From: an uncultured Anaerolineaceae bacterium
Lineage (GTDB): Bacteria > Chloroflexota > Limnocylindria > Limnocylindrales > CSP1-4
Direction: 5' to 3'
NCBI GenBank assembly: GCA_964425305.1
Contig: CAYRMQ010000003.1
Location: 2,162-66,161, forward strand
Length of the DNA stretch: 64,000 nt
This document shows positions 55,682 to 64,000 of this stretch, in pieces (position 1 is the stretch's first letter; each line of letters starts with the position of its first letter). A program made the position numbers and the translations under genes. Under the pieces are notes generated by a model. It saw nothing but the letters and a program-made list of their open reading frames with translations, was not told the DNA's origin and made no database searches.

Positions 55682-56703
55682 TGGAACGCCGCGCCGGCCA
55701 CGTCACGCTCCTCGAGGCGGCGCGTACCGTTGCCCGCGGCGGCGAGCTCGACGCCAAGCTGGATGCCCTCGCCGAGCACGTTCGCTCAGCCGGCGGCGCC
55801 TCGGCGGCGCTGATCTACCTGCTCGACCCCGTCGCCGGCGTGCTGCTGCCCGCCGCCCAGGCCGGCCTCGACGCGAGCGCGCTCCTCGCGAGCGAAGCGA
55901 TCAAGGTCGACGATGCCGACGACCTCGCCGCGCGCGCCGTACGCGAGCGCCGGTCCGCCGCCTCGAGCGAGGGCGGGTCGTCGAAGGTGATCGAGCGCTT
56001 CGGTCTCGGCGGGCAGAGCCTTCTCGCGCTGCCGCTGGTGGCCGCCGACGAAACGGGCGGCGAGGACGTCGAAGGCGCGCTGCTGACCGCCCACGCGGAA
56101 GGTCCGCCCGACGGAACGGGCACGGAGGACACACTCACCGCGCTGGCCGACCTGTGCGCCGTCGCCATCCGCAACGCCCGCCTGCAGAACGCGCTGGTCG
56201 AGCGCGCCGAGTGGATGGATCGCCTGGCCAGCACAGACAACCTGACGGGCCTGGCCAACCGCACCACGCTGCTGCGCATGCTCGAGCTCGAGATCGCCCG
56301 CGCGCGGCGGCAGGCGAGCGAGCTCAGCCTGGTCGTCTTCGACATCGACGGCTTCGCCGCGCTCAACGAGCGTGCCGGCGCAGCGGTCGGTGACGACGTC
56401 CTGCGCCTGGTGGCGGCCACGCTGGCCGATCACGTGCGGCTGGTCGATACCGTCGGCCGGCTCGGGCCCGACGAGTTCGGGCTGATCGCACCTGGCGGCG
56501 GCGGCGCCATCGTCGCCCGCCGTGTGCAGGACGCGGCGGCACGCATCGAGGCCGGCGGGGAGCCGGTCAGCCTGAGCGCCGGGGCAGTGCTCCTCGGCGA
56601 CGGCGAGCAGGGCGCGGACGAGCTGCTGTCGGCGGCCCAGGCGGCGCTCGCCGACGCCAAGCGCCGCGGCCGCGGCGAGCTCGTGGGAGTCCCCGGCGCC
56701 TAG
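55681..56703 (+). CDS. GAF-domain protein with degenerate GGDEF domain (GPDEF)
   Basis: N-terminal GAF-like region, then GGDEF-fold motifs …TDNLTGLANR…, …LVVFDIDGF… but the A-site reads RLGPDEFG. ATG overlaps the upstream stop (ATGA). Confidence 0.75.
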   Translation: MERRAGHVTLLEAARTVARGGELDAKLDALAEHVRSAGGASAALIYLLDPVAGVLLPAAQAGLDASALLASEAIKVDDADDLAARAVRERRSAASSEGGSSKVIERFGLGGQSLLALPLVAADETGGEDVEGALLTAHAEGPPDGTGTEDTLTALADLCAVAIRNARLQNALVERAEWMDRLASTDNLTGLANRTTLLRMLELEIARARRQASELSLVVFDIDGFAALNERAGAAVGDDVLRLVAATLADHVRLVDTVGRLGPDEFGLIAPGGGGAIVARRVQDAAARIEAGGEPVSLSAGAVLLGDGEQGADELLSAAQAALADAKRRGRGELVGVPGA

Positions 56704-57347
56704 CGACGAGCCGGCACAAGCAGGTCGGTGACTGCTTCCCACGCAGCGGCCGCGACCGCCGACGGCTCACTCGACGCCTCGATCACCCGCCAGCGGGCGG
56801 GCTCTGCCGCGGCGAGTGCAAGGTAGCCCTCGCGGACGCGACGGTGGAACTCGACGTCGTGACGTTCGTGTTGCTCAAAGCGGGTCAGGCCGGCAGCCGG
56901 ACCACCGACGCGGCGCGCCAGGCCGGTCTCGACGGGCACGTCGAAGAGCAGCGTCCGATCGGGCGATAGGCCGCCGGTCGCGACCTCGGCCAGCCGGCGC
57001 AGGTGCTCGAGCGGCGCCCCGCTGCCGTAGCCCTGGTAGGCGAGCGTCGAGTCGGCGTAGCGATCGCAGATGACCCATGCGCCGCGCTCGAGAGCCGGAG
57101 CGATGAGCTCGACCACCAGCTGGCGGCGAGCGGCGTTGAATAGGGCTGCCTCGGACAGCGGATCGCGATCCGCGCCTGTTCCGTGGAGCAGCAGCTGACG
57201 GATCTGCTCGCCGAGCTGGGTCCCGCCCGGCTCACGCGTCAGGACGACCTCCACGCCGGCGCCCCGTAGCCGCTCGGCGAGCGCCTCGGCCTGGCTGCTC
57301 TTGCCCGCGCCGTCCGGTCCTTCGAGCGTGATGAGGCGGCCTCTCAA
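56700..57347 (-). CDS. tmk: thymidylate kinase
   Basis: P-loop …ITLEGPDGAGKSSQ…, …LTREPGGT…, DRY-like …CDRYADSTLAYQG…. Confidence 0.85.
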   Translation of the reverse strand: MRGRLITLEGPDGAGKSSQAEALAERLRGAGVEVVLTREPGGTQLGEQIRQLLLHGTGADRDPLSEAALFNAARRQLVVELIAPALERGAWVICDRYADSTLAYQGYGSGAPLEHLRRLAEVATGGLSPDRTLLFDVPVETGLARRVGGPAAGLTRFEQHERHDVEFHRRVREGYLALAAAEPARWRVIEASSEPSAVAAAAWEAVTDLLVPARR

Positions 57348-57354
57348 CGGAGCC

Positions 57355-59454
57355 TCAGTGCCACGCCTTAGCGCTGTCGGGATAGAGCCGGACGCGCCGG
57401 TGGGGCTCGCGCCCGCGCGAGCGCGAGACGAGATTGGCGCGCTCAGCCATCTGGTGCTGCAGCCGGCGGATATAGGCGTTCTGCGGCGACAGCTCGACGG
57501 GCTTCGCCTCCTGCTGGACCAGCCCGATCGCCTCCTCGACCTCGCGCAGCGCTGCGTCGCGCGGGTCGACCTCGAGCGCGAACATCGAGGTCAGGCTCGC
57601 CTCGACCTGCATCAGCGTGTTGGATTTGAGGACGAAGATGGGCAGGCCGCGTTCCTCTGCTTCGCGCAGGGCGGGTGCCTTCTGCTTGAAGTAGTTGCGC
57701 AACGTGATGATCGCGTCGGCTTCCTCCACGTCGCGCACGATGGTCACCGGCAGCTGCAATTCGCGGACGGCCTGCTCGAGGCGCTTGCGGCTGACGCCGA
57801 AGCCGAGCACGTGCAGCGGCTGGAGGATGGTGCCGCCCTCGGCCGGCAACGGGGCCGGGCTGTGCTCGCCGGCAAGCTCCTCATCGTCTGGGCCGACCTC
57901 GAACTCGAGCAGGCGCGCCGCCTCCTGGCGCGTCCGCTCGTCGGGCGACTCACCGGCGGGTACGTTGACCGGCGCCAGGCCCTCGTCGGCGCGCATCGCG
58001 TCGAGCGCACGAGTCGCCGATTCGCGCCACTCGCGCTGGCGCTCGAACTCGCGCACGTCGCGTGCGCGGGGCTCGGGCGGCGGAGCGCTGCCGCGCTCGA
58101 GCGGCCCACGGTCGGCAATCTCACCCGCCTGGAAGATTGGCTGGACGCCCGGCTGCCACTCACCGCTCGGGCCTAATTCACCCTCCCATGAGGGCGAGCC
58201 GCCGCCCGATGCCGAGCGCGTGCCGCCGCGGCCACGCCGCCAGCCGCCGCTGGCTCCCGGTCGGTAGCCCGGCCGGTAGCCGCGCTCGCCTTCCGGTCCG
58301 CCCGCGCCGCGCCGGCCGTCCGGCCGCCAGCCCGGCTCGACGCGCCAGCCACTCCCCGGCGTGCCGGCAACCAGCCCGCCGAAGCGCTCGCCGGGCATCT
58401 GCGTCTGCGGACCGGGCCGGGGGCGCGCCTGGGTGCGGTGGACGCCGGCCTCATCGCGCCAGCGCATCTCGGGCGCGATGGGGTCGCCGCGCAGCAGCGC
58501 GTCGACGGTTTCGGCGACGTCGGCGTGGACCATCACCCGGTCGCGCGACTGGATCTCGACCACGACGTCGAACGTCGGCGGTGCCTTGCGCTCGAGGACG
58601 CTCTTCTGGGTCCGTCGCCGGCGCGCCTCCTCGTCGCCGAGGGTCACGCTCTGGATGCCGCCGATCAGGTCCGCCAGCGTCGGGTTGACCATCAGATTGT
58701 CGAGGTTGTTGCCGTGGGCCGTCCCGATCAACTGCACGCCGCGCTCGGCGATCGTGCGCGCGGCGGCCGCCTCCAGCTCGGTCCCGATCTCGTCGATGAC
58801 GATGACCTCCGGCATGTGATTCTCGACGGCCTCGATCATCACCGCGTGCTGGAGCTCGGGCGTGCGCACCTGCATCCGCCGGGCGCGGCCGATGCCGGGG
58901 TGCGGGATGTCGCCGTCGCCGGCGATCTCGTTCGACGTGTCGACGACGACGACGCGCTTGTCGAGCTCGTCGGCCAGCACGCGCGCCGCCTCGCGCAGCA
59001 TCGTCGTCTTGCCGATGCCGGGCCGGCCCATGATCAGCACGGACCTGCCCGACTCGACCAGGTCCTCGACGATCTCGATCGTGCCGAAGACGGCCCGCCC
59101 GATACGCGCCGTCAGCCCGACGATCTTGCCGCTGCGGTTGCGGATGGCGCTGATGCGGTGCAACGTGCGCTCGATGCCGGCGCGGTTGTCCTCGCCGAAC
59201 GAGCCGATGTGGTCGATGACGTACTGGATGTCCTCCGCGCTGACCTCGCGCTCGAGCAGGACCTGCTCGCCGCCGCCGCCGAAGCGGGCCTCCGGCCGCC
59301 GGCCGAGGTCCATGATGACCTCGATCAGCTCGCGCTCGGGCGGCAGCTGATGCAGGCGTTCGACGATCTCCGGCGGCAGCGCCACGAGCAGCGCGTCGAT
59401 GTCGTCCGGGCCGTCGATGAGGTGGGCGGTATGGGTGCGGTTGTGGTCGTTCAT
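57355..59454 (-). CDS. AAA ATPase (SpoIIIAA/Ycf45-like) with Gly/Arg-rich low-complexity linker and C-terminal R3H-like nucleic-acid-binding domain
   Basis: Walker A …[13 protein letters not shown]…, Walker B …[10 protein letters not shown]…; linker …[37 protein letters not shown]…; C-terminal …[46 protein letters not shown]…. Confidence 0.75.
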   Translation of the reverse strand: MNDHNRTHTAHLIDGPDDIDALLVALPPEIVERLHQLPPERELIEVIMDLGRRPEARFGGGGEQVLLEREVSAEDIQYVIDHIGSFGEDNRAGIERTLHRISAIRNRSGKIVGLTARIGRAVFGTIEIVEDLVESGRSVLIMGRPGIGKTTMLREAARVLADELDKRVVVVDTSNEIAGDGDIPHPGIGRARRMQVRTPELQHAVMIEAVENHMPEVIVIDEIGTELEAAAARTIAERGVQLIGTAHGNNLDNLMVNPTLADLIGGIQSVTLGDEEARRRRTQKSVLERKAPPTFDVVVEIQSRDRVMVHADVAETVDALLRGDPIAPEMRWRDEAGVHRTQARPRPGPQTQMPGERFGGLVAGTPGSGWRVEPGWRPDGRRGAGGPEGERGYRPGYRPGASGGWRRGRGGTRSASGGGSPSWEGELGPSGEWQPGVQPIFQAGEIADRGPLERGSAPPPEPRARDVREFERQREWRESATRALDAMRADEGLAPVNVPAGESPDERTRQEAARLLEFEVGPDDEELAGEHSPAPLPAEGGTILQPLHVLGFGVSRKRLEQAVRELQLPVTIVRDVEEADAIITLRNYFKQKAPALREAEERGLPIFVLKSNTLMQVEASLTSMFALEVDPRDAALREVEEAIGLVQQEAKPVELSPQNAYIRRLQHQMAERANLVSRSRGREPHRRVRLYPDSAKAWH

Positions 59455-60551
59455 CGGCTGGCGGCAGGCACGAGCGCCGGCTCGGCGACGCGCACCTGTG
59501 TCTCCTTCATCAGCAGGGATACGCTGGCGACCGTCTCGAAGCCCTGCTCCTCGAGACGGCGGTCGAGAGGCGATTCGTACGTCCTGACGGCGCTGACGAC
59601 GCCGCGCTCGGGGCGCTGGGCGCGCGCGCCGCGGTCCGCCCGTCGGGCGCCGCTGCGTTCGGCAATGATGCCCATCCCGTAACGAATGAGCTGGCTCGGG
59701 TCATGCTCTGGACGGGTCAGGACGCGGATGTAGTGCGGCTGGTCCTCCTTCGACACGCCGACCTGGACGAAGGCGAGGACGTGCGGGTCCTGCTCCGGCC
59801 CGACGTACTGCAGGTAGGCCTCGATGTCGGCGAAGCGCAGGATCGGCGTCAGCGCCGAGCGCGGGATGCGCCAGTGGCTGCCCTGCCGCTCCCAATCATG
59901 CAGCCGGTACGCCTCGAGGCGGCTGACCGGCGCCGGTGTCGCGGCCCGGTACAGCCGGTGCAGCGGCAGCGCGTCGAGTGGCACCGCCGGGCGGATGCCC
60001 GCGGCGTTCGCCTCGCCGCGTTCCATCGGGCGAGGCAGTTCCCGGTCGGGCGGGCGGTACAGAATGCGCTCCTCGCCGTAACGCGCGAAGCCGGCCTGCA
60101 TGAACAGCTCGACGTTGCCGCCGCGGTCGGCGCAGGCGACATGGAAGCGGACGGCGCCGCGCCGGCTGCCGTCGCGCAGCAGGTGCTGGACGAGGCGGAA
60201 GCGGATGTCGCCGGCCTCGCCGTTGTCGACCGCGTCGAGTTCGACGATCGTCCACTCGTCGCGCGGGCTCTCGCGCTCGACGCGGGCCAGCCCGGCCAGC
60301 CGCCCGCGGTCCTCGTAGACGTACAGCTGGTCGTGCGGCTGGAAGGCGCCGAGGGGCAGCCGGAAGAGGCTGAAGAAGCTGATCTGGCTGCTGCTGACGG
60401 GCAAGCCCAGCGAGCGCACGCGGGCGTCGGAGTTACCGTTCTCGTTGGCGTGCGAGAGCCGCGACAGCTCGCCCACCGCCGCCAGGTCGGTCAGGCGGGC
60501 CGATCGGACGCGGCCCGCGCGCTGGCTCGGTGGGCGGACGGCTGCCTTCAC
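59451..60551 (-). CDS. GNAT-family N-acetyltransferase (two-lobed)
   Basis: Coherent 366-aa frame from a GTG overlapping the pdxT stop (GTGA); GNAT-like …[37 protein letters not shown]…. The Arg-rich first 156 aa of track ORF 59451..61019 are rejected. Confidence 0.65.
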   Translation of the reverse strand: MKAAVRPPSQRAGRVRSARLTDLAAVGELSRLSHANENGNSDARVRSLGLPVSSSQISFFSLFRLPLGAFQPHDQLYVYEDRGRLAGLARVERESPRDEWTIVELDAVDNGEAGDIRFRLVQHLLRDGSRRGAVRFHVACADRGGNVELFMQAGFARYGEERILYRPPDRELPRPMERGEANAAGIRPAVPLDALPLHRLYRAATPAPVSRLEAYRLHDWERQGSHWRIPRSALTPILRFADIEAYLQYVGPEQDPHVLAFVQVGVSKEDQPHYIRVLTRPEHDPSQLIRYGMGIIAERSGARRADRGARAQRPERGVVSAVRTYESPLDRRLEEQGFETVASVSLLMKETQVRVAEPALVPAASR

Positions 60552-61228
60552 TGCCTCTCCGCCGTCTGCCGTCTGACCGGGTGGCGCCGGCGGCCCGAGC
60601 CCTCGGCCGGCTCGGCGTACTCGGCGGCCATCGTCGCCACCAGCCGGTGGAAGCGCGTCTCGCCGGCGAGCTCGGGATGGAAGGCCGTGGCGATGACCGC
60701 GCCGCGCCTGACCGCGACCACCCGGCCGTCCTCGAGCTGGGCCAGGACGTCGACGTCGGGGCTGACGCGCTCGACGACCGGCGCCCGGATGAAGACGCCG
60801 TGGACCGGCGTGTCGCCGAGGAGCGGCACGTCGAGATCGGCCTCGAAGCTGTCCAGCTGGCGGCCGAAGGCGTTGCGCCTGACCGCAATGTCGAGCAGCG
60901 GCAGCACCGGTGGGTCGCCGTCGGTGATCTCGCGCGCCAGGACGATCATGCCGGCGCAGGTGCCGAAGAGTGGCGCGCCGGCAGCGGCCATGTCGAGAAT
61001 CGGTTGGCGCAGGCCCCAACGCTCGATCAGCTTGCGCATGGTCGTGCTCTCACCGCCGGGAATGACCAGGCCGGCAACGCCCTCGAGGTCCTGCGGCAGG
61101 CGCACCGGGACGGCCTCCACGCCGAGGCCGCGCAGCACGTCGAGGTGCTCCTGGTAGGCGCCCTGCAGCGCGAGCACGCCGATGCGCACCGGTCGCGAGG
61201 TAGTGGTGGCGGTAGTCGTCACGGCCAA
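60548..61228 (-). CDS. pdxT: pyridoxal 5'-phosphate synthase glutaminase subunit
   Basis: …VRIGVLALQGAYQEHL…, …LVIPGGESTTM…, catalytic …GTCAGMIVLA…, …HPEL…; about 30-aa C-terminal extension. Confidence 0.85.
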   Translation of the reverse strand: MAVTTTATTTSRPVRIGVLALQGAYQEHLDVLRGLGVEAVPVRLPQDLEGVAGLVIPGGESTTMRKLIERWGLRQPILDMAAAGAPLFGTCAGMIVLAREITDGDPPVLPLLDIAVRRNAFGRQLDSFEADLDVPLLGDTPVHGVFIRAPVVERVSPDVDVLAQLEDGRVVAVRRGAVIATAFHPELAGETRFHRLVATMAAEYAEPAEGSGRRRHPVRRQTAERQ

Positions 61229-61244
61229 TCTCCCTGGCCCCTGC

Positions 61245-62132
<888 letters not shown>

Positions 62133-62292
62133 GCTGCCTCTTGGAACCTCAACTTGCGAGTGGGCTCACGCACCCGCCGGCCGGCCCCGGGATCCTCGCC
62201 CGTTCGAGCCAGCGGGCGCGCGCCTCGGCCACGATTATCGCACGCATCGGTCCGGTCCCAGCCGGGGGAGAGCCTTCAGCGACGGGCGAGCG

Positions 62293-62523
62293 TCAGCCGG
62301 CGAACCAGCCGACCTCGATGCCGTCCAGCTCGAGCCGGTCGATCCGCCAGCGTTCGAGCGCCGCCTCGTCGCCGACCTCGCACTCGACGTCCTCGAGCAG
62401 CAGGCTCGCCTGCCCGATGGGCATGAACGGCTCGCCCTCGGCCGCCGGCTCGACGCCGATCTCGACGTGGCCCGCGCGGGCGCTCAGCTCGTGCTCGAGG
62501 AGCTGCCGGTCGGGCATCAGCAC
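62293..62523 (-). CDS. hypothetical small protein (76 aa)
   Basis: GTG ORF in a locally lower-GC patch; acidic and compositionally protein-like, but no recognisable motif. Confidence 0.3.
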   Translation of the reverse strand: MLMPDRQLLEHELSARAGHVEIGVEPAAEGEPFMPIGQASLLLEDVECEVGDEAALERWRIDRLELDGIEVGWFAG

Positions 62524-62953
62524 GTCCGTGCAGAAGCCGTCGGAGAGGTGCTCGCCGAACTGCAGCCGGATGGTGACTCACTCGTCGGGCAGGTCGGCCG
62601 ACGCGCGGAGGCCACCGTCCGCCTGCGCCCGGCTGGCGGCCTCCGGCCAGCAGATACGACGGCGACGTTGTTGCCGGCGCTCGCCGCGTACAGAAGGGCG
62701 TCGCCGCAGCCGCCGGCGCGCGGCAAGTCGGCCCGGCCGAGCACGTACTCGGCGGTCGCCGGCTGGCACGCCGGCAGAAGCGGCAGGACAGCCAGCACGA
62801 GTGCCGCGCGCAGTTAGGACATCTCCTTGCTGACACGGAGCGATTGTTCCGCGCGCAGGCTGTCCGGGCGTCCGCTTGGCAGCACCGCCAAGATTGAGCA
62901 ACTCGCGGCGCGACGGGCTCATACACCATGGAAGCGCCGCGAAGGAGGTCCTC

Positions 62954-63508
62954 ATGGACCCCAACCTCATCGATCGCACCAGGCAGGGCGACAAGGAAGC
63001 GTTCACCGCGCTCGTCCTCAGGCTGGGCGATCGGCTCTACTCGGTCGCATATCGGATCCTGCGCGACGCGGGTCGGGCGGAGGATGCGGTCCAGCACACC
63101 TTCCTGACCGCGTGGCGGGAGCTGCCCAGGCTGCGCGACGATAGTCGAGTGGAAGCGTGGCTCTACAAGCTCCTCGTGCACGCGTGCTATGCCGACATCC
63201 GGCAGACCCGGCGCTGGCAACCCGGCCTGCGGCTCGTCTCGGACGAAGATCCGGACCCCACGAGCGTTGACACGCAGCTGAGCGTCGAGCGGCGTGACGA
63301 GCTCGAGCGAGCGTTCCGGAGGCTGTCGGGCGAGCAGCGCGCAGTCCTCGTGCTGTACCACTACCTCGGCCTCTCCGGAGCGGAGATCGCCGACGTGCTG
63401 GGCCTGTCGCCCGGCACGGTCCGGTCACGCCTCCACTACGCCCGCCAGTCGATGCGGGCCGCCATCGAGGCCGACTCACGACCCGTCGCGACCGGAGGCA
63501 TGGCATGA
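62954..63508 (+). CDS. ECF (sigma-70 group 4) RNA polymerase sigma factor
   Basis: Region 2 …VQHTFLTAWRELPRL… and region 4 HTH …RAVLVLYHYLGLSGAEIADVLGLSPGTVRSRLHYAR…; start at the internal ATG (MDPNLIDRTRQGDKEAF…). Confidence 0.8.
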   Translation: MDPNLIDRTRQGDKEAFTALVLRLGDRLYSVAYRILRDAGRAEDAVQHTFLTAWRELPRLRDDSRVEAWLYKLLVHACYADIRQTRRWQPGLRLVSDEDPDPTSVDTQLSVERRDELERAFRRLSGEQRAVLVLYHYLGLSGAEIADVLGLSPGTVRSRLHYARQSMRAAIEADSRPVATGGMA

Positions 63509-64000
63509 CCCGTCGGCTCGACCTCGACCGAACCCTCGAGGACTGGCTCAACCAAGGCCCCAGCCAACTGCCCGACCGCGCCATCGACGGCATCGTCCGT
63601 CAACTCGACGAAGCCAAGCAGCGGAGGCGGCTCTGGCCTCCGAGGAGAGACTTCATGAATCGCATGTTCCTGTCCCTCGGCGGGGTCGGCGCAGCGGTGT
63701 TCGCGGCTGCCATCGCCTTCGCCTTCCTATTCGGCAGCCCCACCCCGCCCCCGGCGGAATCGCCGGCGTCTCCGGCGGGCACGCCGGCCCCACCGGCGAG
63801 CGTCAGTCCCGGCAGCTCGAGCCCAACGGCAAGTCCCGAGCCGGCCGCCTGGATCGTCGGCTCTGGCGGCGCCGAAGGCGACCGCTGGGTGGCCACGGCA
63901 GAGCGGCGTCCCGATGAGCTCTGCATCGCGGTGGAGTTCAACGACAGGAGCGAAGAAGGCGTCTGCATGACCATGGACGAGGTCGAGCACCAGATCGGCG
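63505..64000 (+). CDS. putative anti-sigma factor / membrane protein cotranscribed with the ECF sigma (partial, runs off the window end)
   Basis: ATG overlaps the sigma stop (ATGA). Short cytoplasmic N-terminus (MTRRLDLDRTLEDWLNQGP…), one TM (…MFLSLGGVGAAVFAAAIAFAFLF…), then a Pro/Ser-rich extracytoplasmic region; no stop before position 64000. Confidence 0.55.
   Translation, partial: MTRRLDLDRTLEDWLNQGPSQLPDRAIDGIVRQLDEAKQRRRLWPPRRDFMNRMFLSLGGVGAAVFAAAIAFAFLFGSPTPPPAESPASPAGTPAPPASVSPGSSSPTASPEPAAWIVGSGGAEGDRWVATAERRPDELCIAVEFNDRSEEGVCMTMDEVEHQIG

Overview
This is a very GC-rich (roughly 70% by eye) bacterial chromosomal segment, densely coding and mostly on the minus strand. Gene content points to an actinobacterial-like origin, and F420-type enzymes plus mreBC are present. 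No integrase, transposase or CRISPR array is visible. Reliable calls are two tRNA-Pro genes (anticodons CGG and TGG, both minus strand) and a housekeeping backbone (glnA, tag, resB, guaA, a GuaB3-like IMPDH paralog, pdxS/pdxT, tmk, rph, rdgB, mazG, mreB/mreC, radC). There is also a signalling and accessory layer: PucR and Lrp regulators, a divergent arsR/arsM pair, two GGDEF proteins, an orphan PAS histidine kinase, and an ECF sigma with an anti-sigma gene truncated at the window end. Secreted hydrolases include a penicillin-acylase family protein, an M1-like metallopeptidase, a caspase-like peptidase with two FN3 domains, a DmpA-like peptidase and a metallophosphoesterase. A cell-envelope cluster (small beta-repeat protein, GT4, GT2 mannosyltransferase) lies upstream of mreBC. 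The outstanding feature is one continuous 1976-aa ORF (25977..31907). It fuses a SARP DNA-binding/BTAD module, a class III nucleotide cyclase, a Ser/Thr kinase, a STAND-type P-loop NTPase, a single TM helix and a long WD40 propeller. Also notable: a 19-nt direct repeat of the tRNA-Pro(TGG) 3' end located 485 bp from the tRNA with paired 39-bp repeats between them (att-like islet remnant); several tandem repeat arrays; a lower-GC metallopeptidase gene; and two essential genes (resB, guaA) whose conserved N-termini are encoded in-frame upstream of any canonical start codon. Coordinates taken from the ORF track are exact; those I derived by reading the sequence may be off by a base or two.
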